Positions 38,357 through 52,429 of a DNA stretch of 64,000 bases are shown piece after piece. Location: positions 85,374,001-85,438,000 of the forward strand of contig OZ024741.1 of NCBI GenBank assembly GCA_964016885.1. The letters run 5' to 3'. Below the pieces are notes generated by a model, which was given only the letters and a program-made list of their open reading frames with translations, was not told the origin of the DNA and ran no database searches. Position numbers and translations under genes: made by a program. Position 1 is the stretch's first letter, and the number at the start of each line of letters is the position of its first letter. Origin of the DNA: Eledone cirrhosa. Taxonomy: Eukaryota.

Positions 38357-39935
38357 GTATAATAAACAATACAATATAATTACCTCATTGCCAGAGGTTT
38401 CCCGAATAAGACGAATACAAAAAACGTCCTCATTTGTTCGTCGGACAAGGCAATTTAAAACATAGTGAAATATTTGAAAAATCTCCTCAAGAAAGGCAAA
38501 AGTTTAACGGGCAAAAAAAAATATATAAATAAAAGCAATGCAAGAGATATATAAAAATAAAATAAGGAAATATAGTTAGGGTATGTGTATAAATGTGTGT
38601 ATATTCACTCACAAATGTACATATGTGTGTATGTACAAATGCATGTGTATAGTGAAAAAATGTGTGCGTAAGTACATATGTGAGGGCAAGCATGTACGTA
38701 TATAATATATGTTGAAAAAGAAATTGTAAAATAATAGAGTTAACGTACATCCAGATTCAGGTATTAAGGAATTAAATATATACACATACAGGTATGAAAG
38801 CACGCGTATAAACACACACACACACGCGACCACATACATGCGAGTGATATATACAGGGAAGGGAGTGTATCAGTCAAAGCAGTGTCAGTCTGAGGCTCGA
38901 TACATATATAAAAAAATATATGAGAATAAAAAAAATGTTTAAATTAAAGAGAAAGTAAGAGGGGAGTTATCAATTATAAAGTAACACTAGAAAAAATAGA
39001 AAACAAACATAGGTTCGTACGTACACATATATATATATAAATATATATATAAATACGTACAGACAAAAGCACATAAATGCGTACATACATACAAAGGCGC
39101 GCATACATACACACGAAGCACACATATATATATAGGCACATGTATATCTAATCACACGCACGTACGCGACTATCTATATAAATATATACACACATACATA
39201 CACATACATATATATACATATATATACATATACATACATATACATATACATGCACCCATACACACACACGTATATATAAGTATGTAAAAACATAGATATA
39301 AAAACACACATACACACACACACGCGCACATACGAATGCGTTCGTATAGATATACAAACACGCATACACACACATGCACACTCACACGCATAGATACAAA
39401 TTAAAAACCAGCCGTATGAATAAATGAGTACATATTATACATACATAAAAGCGGCTGAGAGACAACAGAATATATCTGGAGTTGAAAACGCAAGTGACAA
39501 TGTTGTCAGGTAGTGAAAGAAAATGAGGAAGTAAAATGTATGGAATTGTGAAGATATTAGGTAAGTGAATAAAAAAAACTGGGGGGGGGGGGGGTCATTG
39601 GTGGATGTGAAGTAAAAATAAAGTTAAAAATAAAAATAAAAGTAAATCAGAAAGAGAAGTCTGTAAAGAGGGTAATTTAAGGAAAGTGAAGAACAAGAGT
39701 TTATGGAGGATAAGTATCTGAAAGTGAGTTAAGTTTATATGAGCAGGAAAGCAAGTGTGATTTCATGCGTGACAACTGGTGAAAATTTCTGTTTTTGCAT
39801 TTAGGCAGGTTTTTGGTTATTTAAGGTTCTGTAAAATCCAATATTTTTCACTTATACAGAGTGCGCATCTTCTTGTTCCTCTTGCATATTCTTTAGATTG
39901 GTTCAAAGTTGAGCAATCCAATTTATATTGGATTT
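38354..39935 (-). mobile_element. Older 3' fragment of the Naiad-type PLE family
   Basis: Homologous to 53700-55200: GIY-YIG end (..LSDTYPP*) at ~39700, long 3' UTR, and a decayed hammerhead at 38379-38454. Confidence 0.8.
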
Positions 39936-40044
39936 AGCTCTGGTACTTACATATTAAATTGGTACTTACATATTAAATTTAGCTCTGGTACTTACATAGA
40001 GCACTCTTCACTCCTATGACTTTTTCAATTTTCAACGGAAACTT

Positions 40045-40080
<36 letters not shown>

Positions 40081-40091
40081 GTATCACGTAT

Positions 40092-40207
40092 ACAGATTTA
40101 AACCAAAATTAAATATGTAATCGCCCCCATTAGATTATTCATAAGGACCTATTGACTAAGCACATACACATATACATACAGATCGATACATTTGCACACA
40201 TACACGC

Positions 40208-40251
<44 letters not shown>

Positions 40252-40265
40252 GTATACACTTTCTT

Positions 40266-40305
<40 letters not shown>

Positions 40306-41440
40306 CGCGTGTATGTGTGCAAATGTATCGATCTGTCTGTATATGTATATGTGCTTAGTCAATAGGTCCTTATGAATAATCTAATGGGGGCGATTACATA
40401 TTTAATTTTGGTTTAAATCTGTTAAGAAATAGTTTTTCTTTATTTATTCTTTGTTGTTGAGTGAAAGAACCTGAGCACTTATACAGTAGGAAGATTTTAA
40501 AGTTGGGTAGAGTCATTCCTGCACAATCTGCAATGTGGCTACTTAAGGGGATTTTCCTTGTGTTTACGTCTCGGATTTGTTTGCGATGGATGGTCATTCT
40601 TTTGCGTAATGACATCCCGTCTGTCCTATATAGTTATGTCGACAGCCACCGCATGTGATTACATAGATCAGGTTCTCCGAGTTGCAAGTGAAGTTGTTTT
40701 TCACTGAAAAGTTTGGCCATCTTTAAACGTGAATTTATGTCTTCAATTAAGTATAGGCATGTTCCACAGTTTGTTCTTCCGCATTTTGTTACCGTAAGGC
40801 TGGAGATAGGTTTGTGTGTATTTGTTGCAGTGATAATGTGTTTTAGTGATTTGGGTTGCCTTTTGCTTTTAATGATCTTGTGTGTTTCTAGGAGTTTTTT
40901 CATTCTTTCATTTTTAAATAGAATGGGGAGGTTTTTGTGTAGGCGGTCGAACATTTCGGTATTTCTGGGGTTGAACGTGGATACATATGGTAAGGTATTG
41001 TTTGTGGTTCTGTGCTTTGCATTGTCAAGGTGATGAAAATGTACGTGTTTTGCTCTGTCTATTCCGTCATTAAATATGTCAAGTGGGAAGGCTCTTAAGG
41101 AAAGTGTGTTTTTTAGTTCATTTAGCCTGTTTCCGTTTAGCTGGATCTGATACTATGGTGCATATACATTTGGCTAAGTTAAAAGGAATGTTAGGTTTTA
41201 TATGTTTTGGGTGACTTGATGTGAAGAGGAGGTACTGTTTAGAGTCCATAGGTTTATAAAAGATGTTTCCATTTCCCGTGTTTTTAAAATAAAGATATCC
41301 GAGAAGGCTAATTTGGATTCCATTGTGAATTGTATGTTTTTGTTTATGTTGTTTATCATATTTTTGAAAACAGTGAGTGTGTTCATGATTTTCTGACATA
41401 AAGCAATCGTCTAGGTATCTCTAGTTTACATTTCCCCTCT
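40092..41440 (-). mobile_element. Penelope-like element fragment (RT C-terminus + GIY-YIG) with an inverted 3' end
   Basis: YLDDCF, KPMDSKQYL..SSHP, CGRTNCGTC, KEKLFLNRFKPKLN*. 40092-40210 is the reverse complement of 40300-40422. Confidence 0.8.
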
Positions 41441-41551
41441 TCGCCACCCCCATCTGAACTCTTGACCAGTCCTTTAACACATTTGAGATACACACAAAAA
41501 TACAGAAAAATTCCTCTCCCAAAAAATAATTTTGTTCTGTGAAAAGACACA

Positions 41552-41618
<67 letters not shown>

Positions 41619-41774
41619 TCTCTCTCTCTCTCTCTCTCTCTATGTATATATAAGGTTCCATTTTAGACTCAGTCTTCTTCTCAACAAGAAAGATGAACAG
41701 ACTTCCTTCAACTCTTAATTTTAAAGTTTAAATTTTTAATTCTTTTTTAATTCTTTTTAATTATATTATAACCT

Positions 41775-41812
41775 TTGATAAGATGGATTACACCGATACA
41801 TCGAAACCGGTA
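41775..41812 (+). ncRNA. Hammerhead core variant (U3-A8), stem I not evident
   Basis: TTGATAA-GATG..CATC-GAAA-CCGG-TA. Confidence 0.45.
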
Positions 41813-42003
41813 ATATTTCATATATTTTATATTCATTATAAAATTCATTTTTTTTTTAAATTGTTCCTCTCATTTTTTTCAATAATGTCACTTTGACGGA
41901 TCAAAGAAGAAAAAAAGAAAATATTCTTTAAATATATTTTCCATACTGTTTCCAATCCTACTATTTCTCTATAACCTCTGTTTTGTATAGAACCTTACTC
42001 CCT

Positions 42004-42045
<42 letters not shown>

Positions 42046-42049
42046 AAGA

Positions 42050-43730
42050 TGAATATAAAATGAAAGTGCTTTTTTTAAAAAGGAATTTATTAGGTATTGA
42101 CATATGTTTCTGTAACAGACGGATTACCTATGTATCGCTGCTTGCGTAATCATATAATGTTAGCAAGTATTCGATAGCAAATGTATAATCAGTTGTCACT
42201 TCTTCAGAGATATTGGATAAATTGGAAAAAATCAGAAAAATTGAAGTATCTATATTAGTTGTAATAAAGGAAGAAGAGAGGGGATAGTATATGACAGATG
42301 GCAATTCAATTTACTGGTAAACAAGTATATAAAGGGTTTCTAATGAGAATACAATGAGTATATGGTTTATTTTATCTAAATAAGAATTTTTGGGAGTGCC
42401 TATTTTAATCTATACTTGACCAATTGAACAATGGACAGGGCTGGTCGTTTGGTGTAGTAGTATTAATTATAAAGTGTCAATTAAGGAAGAGGGAGATTTT
42501 CACTGCTACTGAATAACAACAATGTTGGTAGCCTGCTGGTATATGCATTAGGGAATTGAATTAAGAAATCTCATTTTATCTATAGCAGTTTATATTAAAT
42601 TGTAAAGAATAGAAGAGTTGATAGAATTAAGACTAATAGAGAATGTTAATATGTATTTTGACAATCAAACGGAGATGGAGACAGGCGTTCGATCCTGGTG
42701 GTGTTTGTAATATGAAAATGTAGATTTTAAGCGATGGTTACAGTATAACGATCGCTCTATTCTGTTATTTAATAAAATATTTTTGGATTTCATAATACAA
42801 AATAATTCCATATTACACAATTTACAAAATTCCTGTCCGTGGGATATATGCAGGGGTAGACACTATTATATCCCATTTTAGGTTAAATTGTTGGTTATTT
42901 TCGCGCAGCTGCCAAGCCTTGTCTGCGAGTGTTGTTACATAACGCTGGTTTTCATGTTTTATCGAGTATAAAGGCGAGATTTGAAGGAGGTGGCTGTAGA
43001 CCCCACATAGTACCACTTCTGGCTATCCGATTCGATAGTACATTTGTATATCATGTTGCGTTCAAGACACTGATTGTTCAACGGACACATTCCTGGTTGG
43101 AAACAGTTACAGTTATAATTTTGCGTTGTTGTATTGGCATGGATGGGTTGATGAGGTTGCTTAGGTAGGACGGGATGTTGTTTGTTGTTTTGTGATGTTA
43201 TAGCTGATGTTTTACGTGTATTGTTATGTGTTGGAAGGCGTTTATACAACCGTTTTGCGTTAAGCTTTTTTATATGTTGTTCAATATTAGGGGCGGTTGA
43301 ATATGAAAGTCGAATAGTGTTAGGGTTTAAGATTTTATTATATTTATGTGATGTTGGAAAGTGTTTTTTAACTAATCGAAAGAATTGTGAGGGTAGATTG
43401 GTTTTAATAGAGTTGTTATAGACCGGGTTGTACCATATATACTCTTTACATCGCCTTCTGTTTGGTGGTGTGCGACTATTAGTGTGTCTATTGCGGTAGT
43501 GTAGGTATGGTGGTGATTCTATGCTATTTCTACCTCTATGAGATTTATTTTGGGTGTTTTGGTGATCGTCGACTATATACTCTATATTATCTAGGTGTCC
43601 AGCCTTCCTAAGTGCATCATCATAATATTCGGCATTTTCTTTGAAGGTTTGCTGGTTGGACGACAGGCGGGAGATTCTAAGGGAAATATTTCTAGGGATG
43701 GATTTAATTATAGAGGGTGGATGGTTAGAA
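42050..43730 (-). mobile_element. Second Naiad-type PLE, decayed 3' fragment
   Basis: CNCFQPGMCPLNNQC..MIYKC..YVGST..WQLREN..LKWDI. A degenerate hammerhead remnant (GAAA-CATATG-TC) lies at ~42095-42175. Confidence 0.75.
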
Positions 43731-43779
43731 CTCGTATTTACATATTTAAGGTTCTCATTATATATATGTATATATATTT

Positions 43780-43960
43780 ATTAAAATAACAGATTAAAGA
43801 ATCGCTGCTTTCACCCTTAACGGGATCTTCTGAAACTAAAAAAATCAATCTGTGAACGCAGAAGTAGATATTTCGAAAAACGTGGCAACCGAAGGAAGAC
43901 GGGAAGACGATACTTTCGTTTGTGGAGACGTTCCCTGGCAATGAACGGAAAAAATGAAGA
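43780..43960 (+). repeat. Recurrent repeat module (TTAAAATAACAGATTAAAG...)
   Basis: Also at 5815, 6052, 46720 (hairpin), 48190-48350 (reverse) and 63185; found inside non-autonomous Helitrons. Confidence 0.7.
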
Positions 43961-44014
43961 TAATACGTCATTATTTGGAGCGGTGAGAACAATTGCACAC
44001 AAAGACAAAACCAC

Positions 44015-44862
44015 ATTTTGGCCTCAGACAGGCCCACGCGCCAGCTCGACCAGCACCGCCTTGCCTGCTTTCGTGCGGCCTCTGAACCCCACAGTGATGC
44101 CTGGCTCCATGCCCTGCCCTCCTTCTCCACTGGCATGCAGCTAGACAATAATAGCCTGCGCATTGGCGTTTCCTTGAGGCTCGGCCTCCGGATCTGCGAG
44201 CCACACCAATGTCGCAGCGGATCCACCGTGGACCCTTTCGGCTTCCACCCGCTTTCCTGTCGCCACAGTGCCGGCCGCTTTCCACGCCATGCTGCCCTCA
44301 ACGAGGTCATAAAGCATGGCTTGGACGCTGCAGGCTTCCCTTCCCAGCTCAAGCTGGTGGGGCTGGACTGAGGGGACGGCAAAAGGCCAGATGGCATGAC
44401 GATCTTCCCGTTCCGCGGTGGCAAACCCCTCGTCTGGGATGCCACCTGCACCGACACTTTCTGCAGCCGCAACCTGGTGCAGCCTGCGATTAACCCGGGT
44501 TCTGCTGCACGTCGGACTGAGGAGGCTAAACTCCTCAAATACCGTACGCTCTCCGACAGGTTTGCGGTTGTACCCCTGGCAGTGGAGACTTCTGTTGTCC
44601 TTGGTCCTAGGGCTACCGCCCTACTCACCACCATAGGCGCTGAGCTGGTCAGCCGCATGTGTGAGCCCTGCGAGTTGGAGTGGCTTTTCCAGCGCGGCTC
44701 CCTTGCTGTCCTCCAGGGAAACGCCTTCTCCATTCTGACCGCCGGGGCTGTGGCGGAGCCCCATCGCGTATCATTCGATATTTAGTTGTGGTCGGCGTGT
44801 GTGTGTTTGTATATATGGCTTTTGTTTTCATTCAGCATCATGTCACTCTTCATTGCTTTTCT
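44015..44862 (+). mobile_element. CRE-like non-LTR retrotransposon 3' fragment (Zn-knuckle region + restriction-like endonuclease)
   Basis: AWLHALP..LRLG..C..H..SC..RHAALNE..RPDG..WDATCTDT..AKLLKY..PLAVET; one in-frame stop. Confidence 0.85.
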
Positions 44863-45614
44863 CTACTAATGAATTATATTTGGAAAACCACGTTTATGGT
44901 ATAAATGAAGTCGTAGACTAAAATTCTATTTAGGAAACCGAATGATCCTCGGCTTTAGAGTTAAGAATAATGTAAATAAATTACAGAGGTTATTGAAATC
45001 AACAATAATTAAATATATAGATGCACGCATCCATATACGTACATACACATGTATACGCGAAAACACCCGACATGGGTATGCATATACAAACACGCACACA
45101 AAAACGCACGCACACATACAAAAACCCGCGCAACACCTGTACCCGCACACATACGAACGTATACACCAAATACACATAAAAATATATTAAAAAAATATAT
45201 ATATATATGTGTGTCTGTGCCTGTATACATATAATTATATAAACCTATATAAATATACACACATAAATACGTATATAACGCGCACACGCCTCTACCTACA
45301 GGTAAATACACATATGTTCGCTAAATGTACGTTAACCAAAACACAAAGTACGCATATACACGCACCCTGCATACGTGCAAACCCGCATACACACACAGAC
45401 GCAAAATACACGTATACACAATAACCATATACACATGTACCAGTATATATAATATAATATATATACACCTGTAACAAATGCAAGCTAATATACGTACGAG
45501 AAAGTATACGTACCTTCACAAAACATACAGGTAATATATACTTACCAATACAAATAAATAATGGTATAAACATATATATATACTTATATATTGCTGTCCT
45601 CTATATACTTATAT

Positions 45615-46230
45615 ATGGCTGTCCTCTCGTTATCGAGTATGGATATTGCACGATATAACATTATAAATAATTATCAATTAATGCTATCGTGCAATGCTTG
45701 TGCGTGAAGATTTTTTTTTAAGTGTGGAAAGACTATGCACTGAATCAATCCCACTCTCTGAGCGACAGTAGCTATAACCCGAAAAGAAGAAACGATCAAC
45801 ATCGTCGGTAACTACTGAGCCGCAGGTTTTATGTCGGAGTTATCTTAGTTTCCTAAGTTACCTTCTCCTAGAAGAATGCCCTGACAAAGGCTAGGGGTCC
45901 TTCCTTCCCAGTGGTTTAACCGCACCATCGGATATCCAGCCCGATTATTTCTATCTCCCTGCGCATATATACACATATGTATATATATCAATGCATATAC
46001 AGATATATACACATGTATATACATATTTACACATTTTTGGATGGCCGTTAACTCTTATGAGTTCTTCCGTCCTTTGTCAGATTTTATTTTTTGTCCTGCA
46101 GGGTGTCCAAAATCACCCTCCTCACCAAGTAAACTTGGTAGGGATGCCGGTTTAGTCGCCGACGACCAGACCATGTGACAGATTGTACTGGGTCACATGT
46201 TACGAGTAGCACTCAAGAGTGACCCGTTAC
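45615..46230 (-). mobile_element. Interspersed repeat homologous to 8780-9440
   Basis: Direct homology to 8920-9310, with the terminal module inverted relative to 9320-9440. Confidence 0.55.
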
Positions 46231-46242
46231 AATACATATGTA

Positions 46243-46317
<75 letters not shown>

Positions 46318-46446
46318 GATAACAAGTTATCGTTTTAGGTAATCCAGTTAGAGGTTGTGAGTACTCTGTACTATGGATAGTTTTAACGTACGGCGTTGTT
46401 TGACTCAACAAGAGGTTTCCTTAGGTAGCGAGTTTGCGAGAATTCC

Positions 46447-46561
46447 CAGTATTCCGATGGTTTGATCAGAGACACACACTGTATTTAAGATCGAGTGACG
46501 CAACTTCGAGTGATTAGCGACCTTTAGACTCACCTGATCAATGAAAGAATTATTAATACTG
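46447..46561 (+). ncRNA. Hammerhead family C, degenerate copy
   Basis: CAGTATT/AATACTG perfect stem I and TTGATCAG/CTGATCAA stem II; core mutated (CCGATGG). Confidence 0.5.
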
Positions 46562-46712
46562 TAAATAAAACCCTTTTTGTACAGCTGACTATGTTATTCT
46601 TCACTCTTTAACTACTATATATATAGTAATAATAATAAATTTGAAGACTAAAATCCAAAGAGGGCTCGATAAGGATAAATATATATCAAATATATAAGAA
46701 CCGTAGAGCAAA

Positions 46713-46840
46713 TATTTATTAAAATAACAGATTAAAGTTTAAGCAAAGAATCGCTGCTTTCACCCTTAACGGGAGTTTCAGAAGATCCTGTTAAGGGTGA
46801 AAGCAGCGATTCTTTGCTTAAAATTTAATCTGTTATTTTA

Positions 46841-46848
<8 letters not shown>
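46713..46848. repeat. Hairpin with ~60-bp arms formed from the recurrent repeat module
   Basis: TATTAAAATAACAG..CCCTTAAC / GTTAAGGG..CTGTTATTTTAATA. Confidence 0.85.
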
Positions 46849-46931
<83 letters not shown>

Positions 46932-46999
46932 TATGTAAGAGTGAGAAATTTCATTTCATTTCATTCTTTTCCATATATATATATATATATAAATATACA

Positions 47000-47740
47000 C
47001 TAGCAGTAAAGCGCTCGGCGTTGCTCGGTAGCTGTGTTAAAGTTATAATGTTAAGTTCCTTTCTTGGCTTAAAAACTGTAGAGTCTACAGTGTAGACTTT
47101 CATGTGGTACTTTTGATTAATATTCCTTCAACCAACAGTATGCCTTATGAAGTTAAGAAAACATAACCATAATACGAATGTTAAAACAAAAGAGGATGCT
47201 GGGGATAAAAACTGCACTGGTAATCTATTAACAAAAATCAAAAATGTAAACACTGCAACACTTGTCTCAGAAAAAAACATCAACGTAACCAAACTATCAG
47301 TTATTTTGAAACAAAGAAATTGGATGGACATGAAAAAAAAAAAAAAAAAATGCAATTTCATCGCCTATCACTTCTCTGCGCGACTGTCTGTCTGCACAAC
47401 TTTATCGCCTGTAGCAGTAAAGCCCGACGTTGCTCGGGGCTGCTCAGTAGCTGTGTTAAAGTTACAATGTTAAGTTCCTTTCACATTCATCTGTAGAACA
47501 AACGTAGCCCATGTGTCAAGTTTTGTGAAAATCGGTTGCGAACTCCAGAAGTTATGACGTTTTATTGCATTGTACTGCAGTGCTTCAGTCGACTCCAAGG
47601 AAGTGGTTAGAGGGGATTATCTGCCGGGAGGCCCTATAATGAATATCTGGAAAAATGAAAGTGCCCGTGACTATCCGGAGTACATAAGTAACCTATGTCT
47701 TAAGTTTGGAGAAAATACTGTAGAAATACATAAGGTTTAT
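47000..47740 (-). mobile_element. Non-autonomous Helitron 3' portion with a duplicated terminus
   Basis: CTAG plus the GGCGTTGCTCGG hairpin at 47000-47030, and a second terminus-like copy at 47410-47480. Confidence 0.55.
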
Positions 47741-48467
47741 ACACACACGCGCGCGCGCGCGTGTGTGTGTGTTTGTGTGTGTGTATGTATTTGTGTGTGC
47801 GTATGTATATGTATGTATATGTCCGTCGGCGCATACGTATGTACTGGCCTAAATCTTCACTGTTTACTTTTACTATTTTAAGGCAAAGTTAAAATCCCGT
47901 CGAGGTTAAATTTGCCTTTCATCCTTACGGGGTCGATAAAATAAAGTACTAGTAATGTACTGAGTAATTGCTGGCCTTGTGCCAAAAGTAGAAACAACTA
48001 TTTTAATAACCTGTCATTTTCGTTTACAATTTTATTTACATCATTCTTAAACTTCGGGGCTGGAAATCATTCGGTTATTTTAAATAGAATATTAGTCTAA
48101 CGACTCCATTTATACCATAAACTTTGTCTCGTCTTTGCATGAAATTGTTCTTCTTGGTCCACATAACGACGTATTATCCTCGCTTTTTTTCCGTTCATTA
48201 CCACGGAACGTCTTCACGAACCAAAATATCGTCTTCCTGTTTTCCTTCGGTTGCAACGTTTCTCGAAATATTTAATTCTGCGTTCACAGATTGAATTTTT
48301 TAGTTTCAGAAGATCCCGTTAATGTTGAAAGCAACGATTCTTTGCTTAAACTTCCTTTCTTTATTAACCCCTCTGCCTTTTTTCTCATACCCTCCCTCTC
48401 GCTCACTCATACCCCCTCTCTCTCTCTTCCTCTACAGAATGGAGAACAATAAAGAACGCGCAGATCT

Positions 48468-48544
<77 letters not shown>

Positions 48545-48555
48545 TTATATATATA

Positions 48556-48589
<34 letters not shown>

Positions 48590-48608
48590 AACCAGCGTTC
48601 GTCGCCAT

Positions 48609-48693
<85 letters not shown>

Positions 48694-48708
48694 GATTATC
48701 TTGTACCT

Positions 48709-51700
48709 AAGCTTCTAAATGACCTCAGGTCACGTGGTATAAATGTAATGGTTATCTGTGAGACTCGGATCAGCGTCGTGCGGCAGCTGGCCCCTACCTT
48801 CGATGACTTTGAGGTGCACGCATCTCTCTGTCAACCTGAAGGTGGGGGTGGGGTTTTCGTACTGCTGGAAAAACGCCTGGGTCTCGCCGTACAGGTTGTT
48901 CACTCGGACCCGGAAGGTCGTTTGTTGGTGCTAGACGTTGGCAGTAGTGGAGGTGCGGCCTTGAGACTGGTCGCCGTCTATACTCCCCTTTTGAAGCTGA
49001 ACGACCCGACTTCTTCCAGCGTCTGGAGACTTTTCTGGGAACGTCGCGTTGCCTGCTTCTAGCGGGGGACTGGAATGACATCCTAGATGCACGTTGGGAC
49101 TATGCAGGAGCATGTCTTAATAGAGGGGGGGTGTAACAGCCTCAAGGGGTTACTCGACCGTTTTAACTTGGTCGATAGATATCGACTAGATTTTCCAACT
49201 GTGCCAACCTGGACTTGGACGAACCACAGTGGTCAATCTAGTTCGTACTTAGATAGATTCTTAGTTAGAAGTAAGGATAGGGACATATTAAGCTGTCCAG
49301 AAATGCTCACGGTTGGCTATACAGATCACAAATTAGTGACCTGCGTAGTCAACCTCGGGAGAACACATAGACAGGGTCCCGGTTACTGGAAACTTAATTT
49401 GTCTTTACCGGCAAAAGAGGCTTACAGAGACCGGATTAGCAGATTAGTTAAGGAGAGGTTGACGGGTGCAATCGTCAACAACCGATGGTGGGCATCTCTC
49501 AAAAGAGAGATTAGAACAGAATCAATAAGTTATAGCAAGATGTTAGCTGCCGATAGGAATAGGAACGAGTAAGAATTAACAGGTAAATTAGAAGAGGCAA
49601 TCAAGAGCGAAGATGTGGCCAGAGTGCTGGCATCGAGGACGGCCTTGAGCCAGTTTTTCGATGCAAAGCACGAAGGCTGCGTCATTCGAAGTAAAATACG
49701 TGCTCTAGGTAATGAGGAGGCCAAAGCCGTTGGCTGGGCCCGCGTGACAGAAGCTAAGAGTGGAAATCGATCCACCATCCGGTCTTTGCAAGACGAGGAT
49801 GGACGGGTGATCCGGGAGCCTAAGCAGATGTGAGAGGCCTTTCAAAGGCAGTTTGCCCGATTGTTCGGGGGAGGCGAGGGCCCGGGCGGGGACGTGGATT
49901 TCGGTCCATATTTCGACGGCCTACCGCGTCTCTCAAGCGAAGAGGCAGAGTCCTGCGAGGGACCAATCTCGGCTGATGAGATCGGGGATGCGCTGAGCCA
50001 ATGCAGCAGACGCAAATCTCCAGGTCTCGATGGTATACCTTACGAACTTTATTTAGCAATGCCGGTCTTCTCCGAACTCCTCGAAGCAGTTTACTGCAAT
50101 TGGCAGCAGAACGGGATAATTCCTTGTTCTGTAGCCAAGGGCGTAGTCTCGCTGGTGAGGAAGGACGAGAACAAGGGGGATAGTATAAATAATTTTCGGC
50201 CCATAACCCTGCTAAACACAGAGTTAAAGATTTTGGCCAAGGTGTTAGCAAGGAGGTTGGCGCTTGTCGTGGGTGGCCTGGTGGAAGATGCGCAGACATT
50301 TGCTATCCCATCCAGGTTCATTCACGACAACCTCCACCTCATGCGATACATCATAGAGAGGATTGGCAACAAACCCGGCTTCGGTGGAGCCCTGATCAAC
50401 TTGGATCAGTCTAAGGCGTTCGATAGGGTCGACCATGGTTATCTGGATGCGGTGCTAGCGGCGGCTGGGTTCGGTCCTGTTTTCAGAGGCTGGATCACTG
50501 CCTTACATAGCAGCCACATCTGTTCTAGGATCAAGGTGAACGGCTACCTTTCGAAGCCGTTCGAAATCACACGATCCATTCGACAGGGGGTGCCCTCTCT
50601 CCTCCCTTCTGTACGTATTGACTCTCGAGCCTTTACTGAGGAAGTTGGAGTTGTTGCAGGGTATCCCCCTGGAACCAGGATTGAGCAATGCGGTATCGGC
50701 CTACGCCGATGACGTAACAGTAATGGTATCGACCGACTCGGAGATCGAGGCGATCGGTACCTTACTGGAGGAATACGAAAGGTTGTCAGGAGCGAAACTG
50801 AACCGGGAAAAATCCATCGGGCTGCAACTCGGAACGTGGAGAGGCAGACCGAAGCCTCCCGACGGTATCGTCGGACACTGGACGGAGGGCTCGGTGAAGT
50901 TGCTTGGGGTCTGGTTTGGACTGGACCTCCAGGTGGAAAAGAACTGGGGCGAGGTTACGAACAAGGTGTTTGCACTAACCCAGAAATGGGCCAAGTGTAA
51001 GCTGTCCCTGAAAGGTCGGGAGGAGGTGGCGAACATTTACATAGCGTCCGTCACCTACTACCGCCTGACTGTCGTGCCTTGCCCTAAGGAAACACTCACC
51101 ACCATGGAACGCATGCTCTTTCAATTTCTTTGGAAGGAGCGCCCTCCTATGGTGAGAAGATCCATCTGCTGCCAACAACCTTCGAAAGGAGGGCTGGGGA
51201 TGCCGTGGTTGATGATGCGTAGGCACGCATTAAGGCTACGGCACCTACAGGTATTCCTCACTGGTCAACCGGTGTGGGCTCCGTTCGTGAGACGAGCCTT
51301 TCCGAGACTCGTCTCGCTCACCGAGCTGCAGTCCTGGGTCAAGCAAAGATCCGGAAAACTGGGCGACTGGCACACTGAGTGTGCGCAGACGCTCAGGGCT
51401 CTCTGGCAAGCGGACCCGGCCATCGGTGGAGAATCCACCTCGTCATTCTATAGAGGGCTGGTGGCTAGCAGGGGCGATGACACCCTTGGAGAGTCGCTGG
51501 ACATGGAAGAGGACGAACTGGCCAGCCTGTTCGGTAGGACTTTCGGCCCGGGACCAATGGACAACTTCCAGAAGTCACTGGCCTGGCAGTGCTACCGGGG
51601 GGCTCTACCCGTTCGAGAATAGCTCTACATACACGGGCGCCCGGGCAGGGATCCTTCGAAAAAGATTTGCCCTAGATGCGTGCGTCACGAAGAAACCGTT

Positions 51701-52301
51701 GCGCACGCATTGGTGCACTGTCCGGGCGTGGCTGATCTGTGGGGCTACGCCGAACGACTGCTGTCGCGGGTGGCGCCGATTCGATTGACCGCCGAGTCCG
51801 TGATGACAATCAAGCCGCCTCCCCTCTTCACAAAGGAAGCAAAGGCGGTTTTTCTGTGCGTAATAGCCATGTTGAAAGAGGTTGTTTGGTGGACACGATT
51901 GAAAGGTCTGAGGTCAGGCAACTTTCTCTCTGGCCATAGTCTGGTCTACTTCTTCCGATATCACTTCGGAAGAAGGATAAGAACGGAGAGAGAGGTGCTT
52001 GGCCACAGGCAGTTTTATGAAAGGTGGGTGATAGTGGCGAGAATGGCTCGTGTAAATGGGCCTTCTCTGTATACCATCCTGTAGGTAAAGAAGTGAAGGA
52101 GAGGGGAGCACCTTTTCCATGTGCTCCCCGGGCAAAGGTTTGCACGCTTTTTCGGGGGCGTGTGCAACCCCCATCACGTCCCCTCCCTTTTGAGGTTGTT
52201 TTTTATTATTTTCATTTTATACCCTTTTTACTCGGTTTTATGTAAACTCCCCCTTTGTATTTGTCCCTTCTTTTTATACCTTTATGGTAAATAAAGAAAT
52301 A
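48709..52301 (+). mobile_element. Tx1/L1-clade LINE, 5'-truncated (ORF2 only), with a 20-bp TSD
   Basis: APE motifs (ICETRI, GDWN, YLDRF, TDHK, YWKLN), RT motifs (KSPGLDG, RPITLLN, LDQSKAFDRV, AYADD), a C-terminal CPRC..H..HC and an AATAAA end. TSD TATCTGATTATCTTGTACCT at 48689-48708 and 52302-52321. Confidence 0.92.
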
Positions 52302-52429
52302 TATCTGATTATCTTGTACCTCTCTCTGTATAACGACCTATCTCACTCTCTCTGTCTACATCTTCCTTTCTATCTTTAGATGTATATGTATATGTGTGTG
52401 TTGTGTGTGTATATATATATAGAGAGAGT

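Noticed and set aside
43738-44733. 331-aa minus-strand ORF
   Set aside because: It is the antisense shadow of the GC-rich CRE-like fragment, running into a repeat module.
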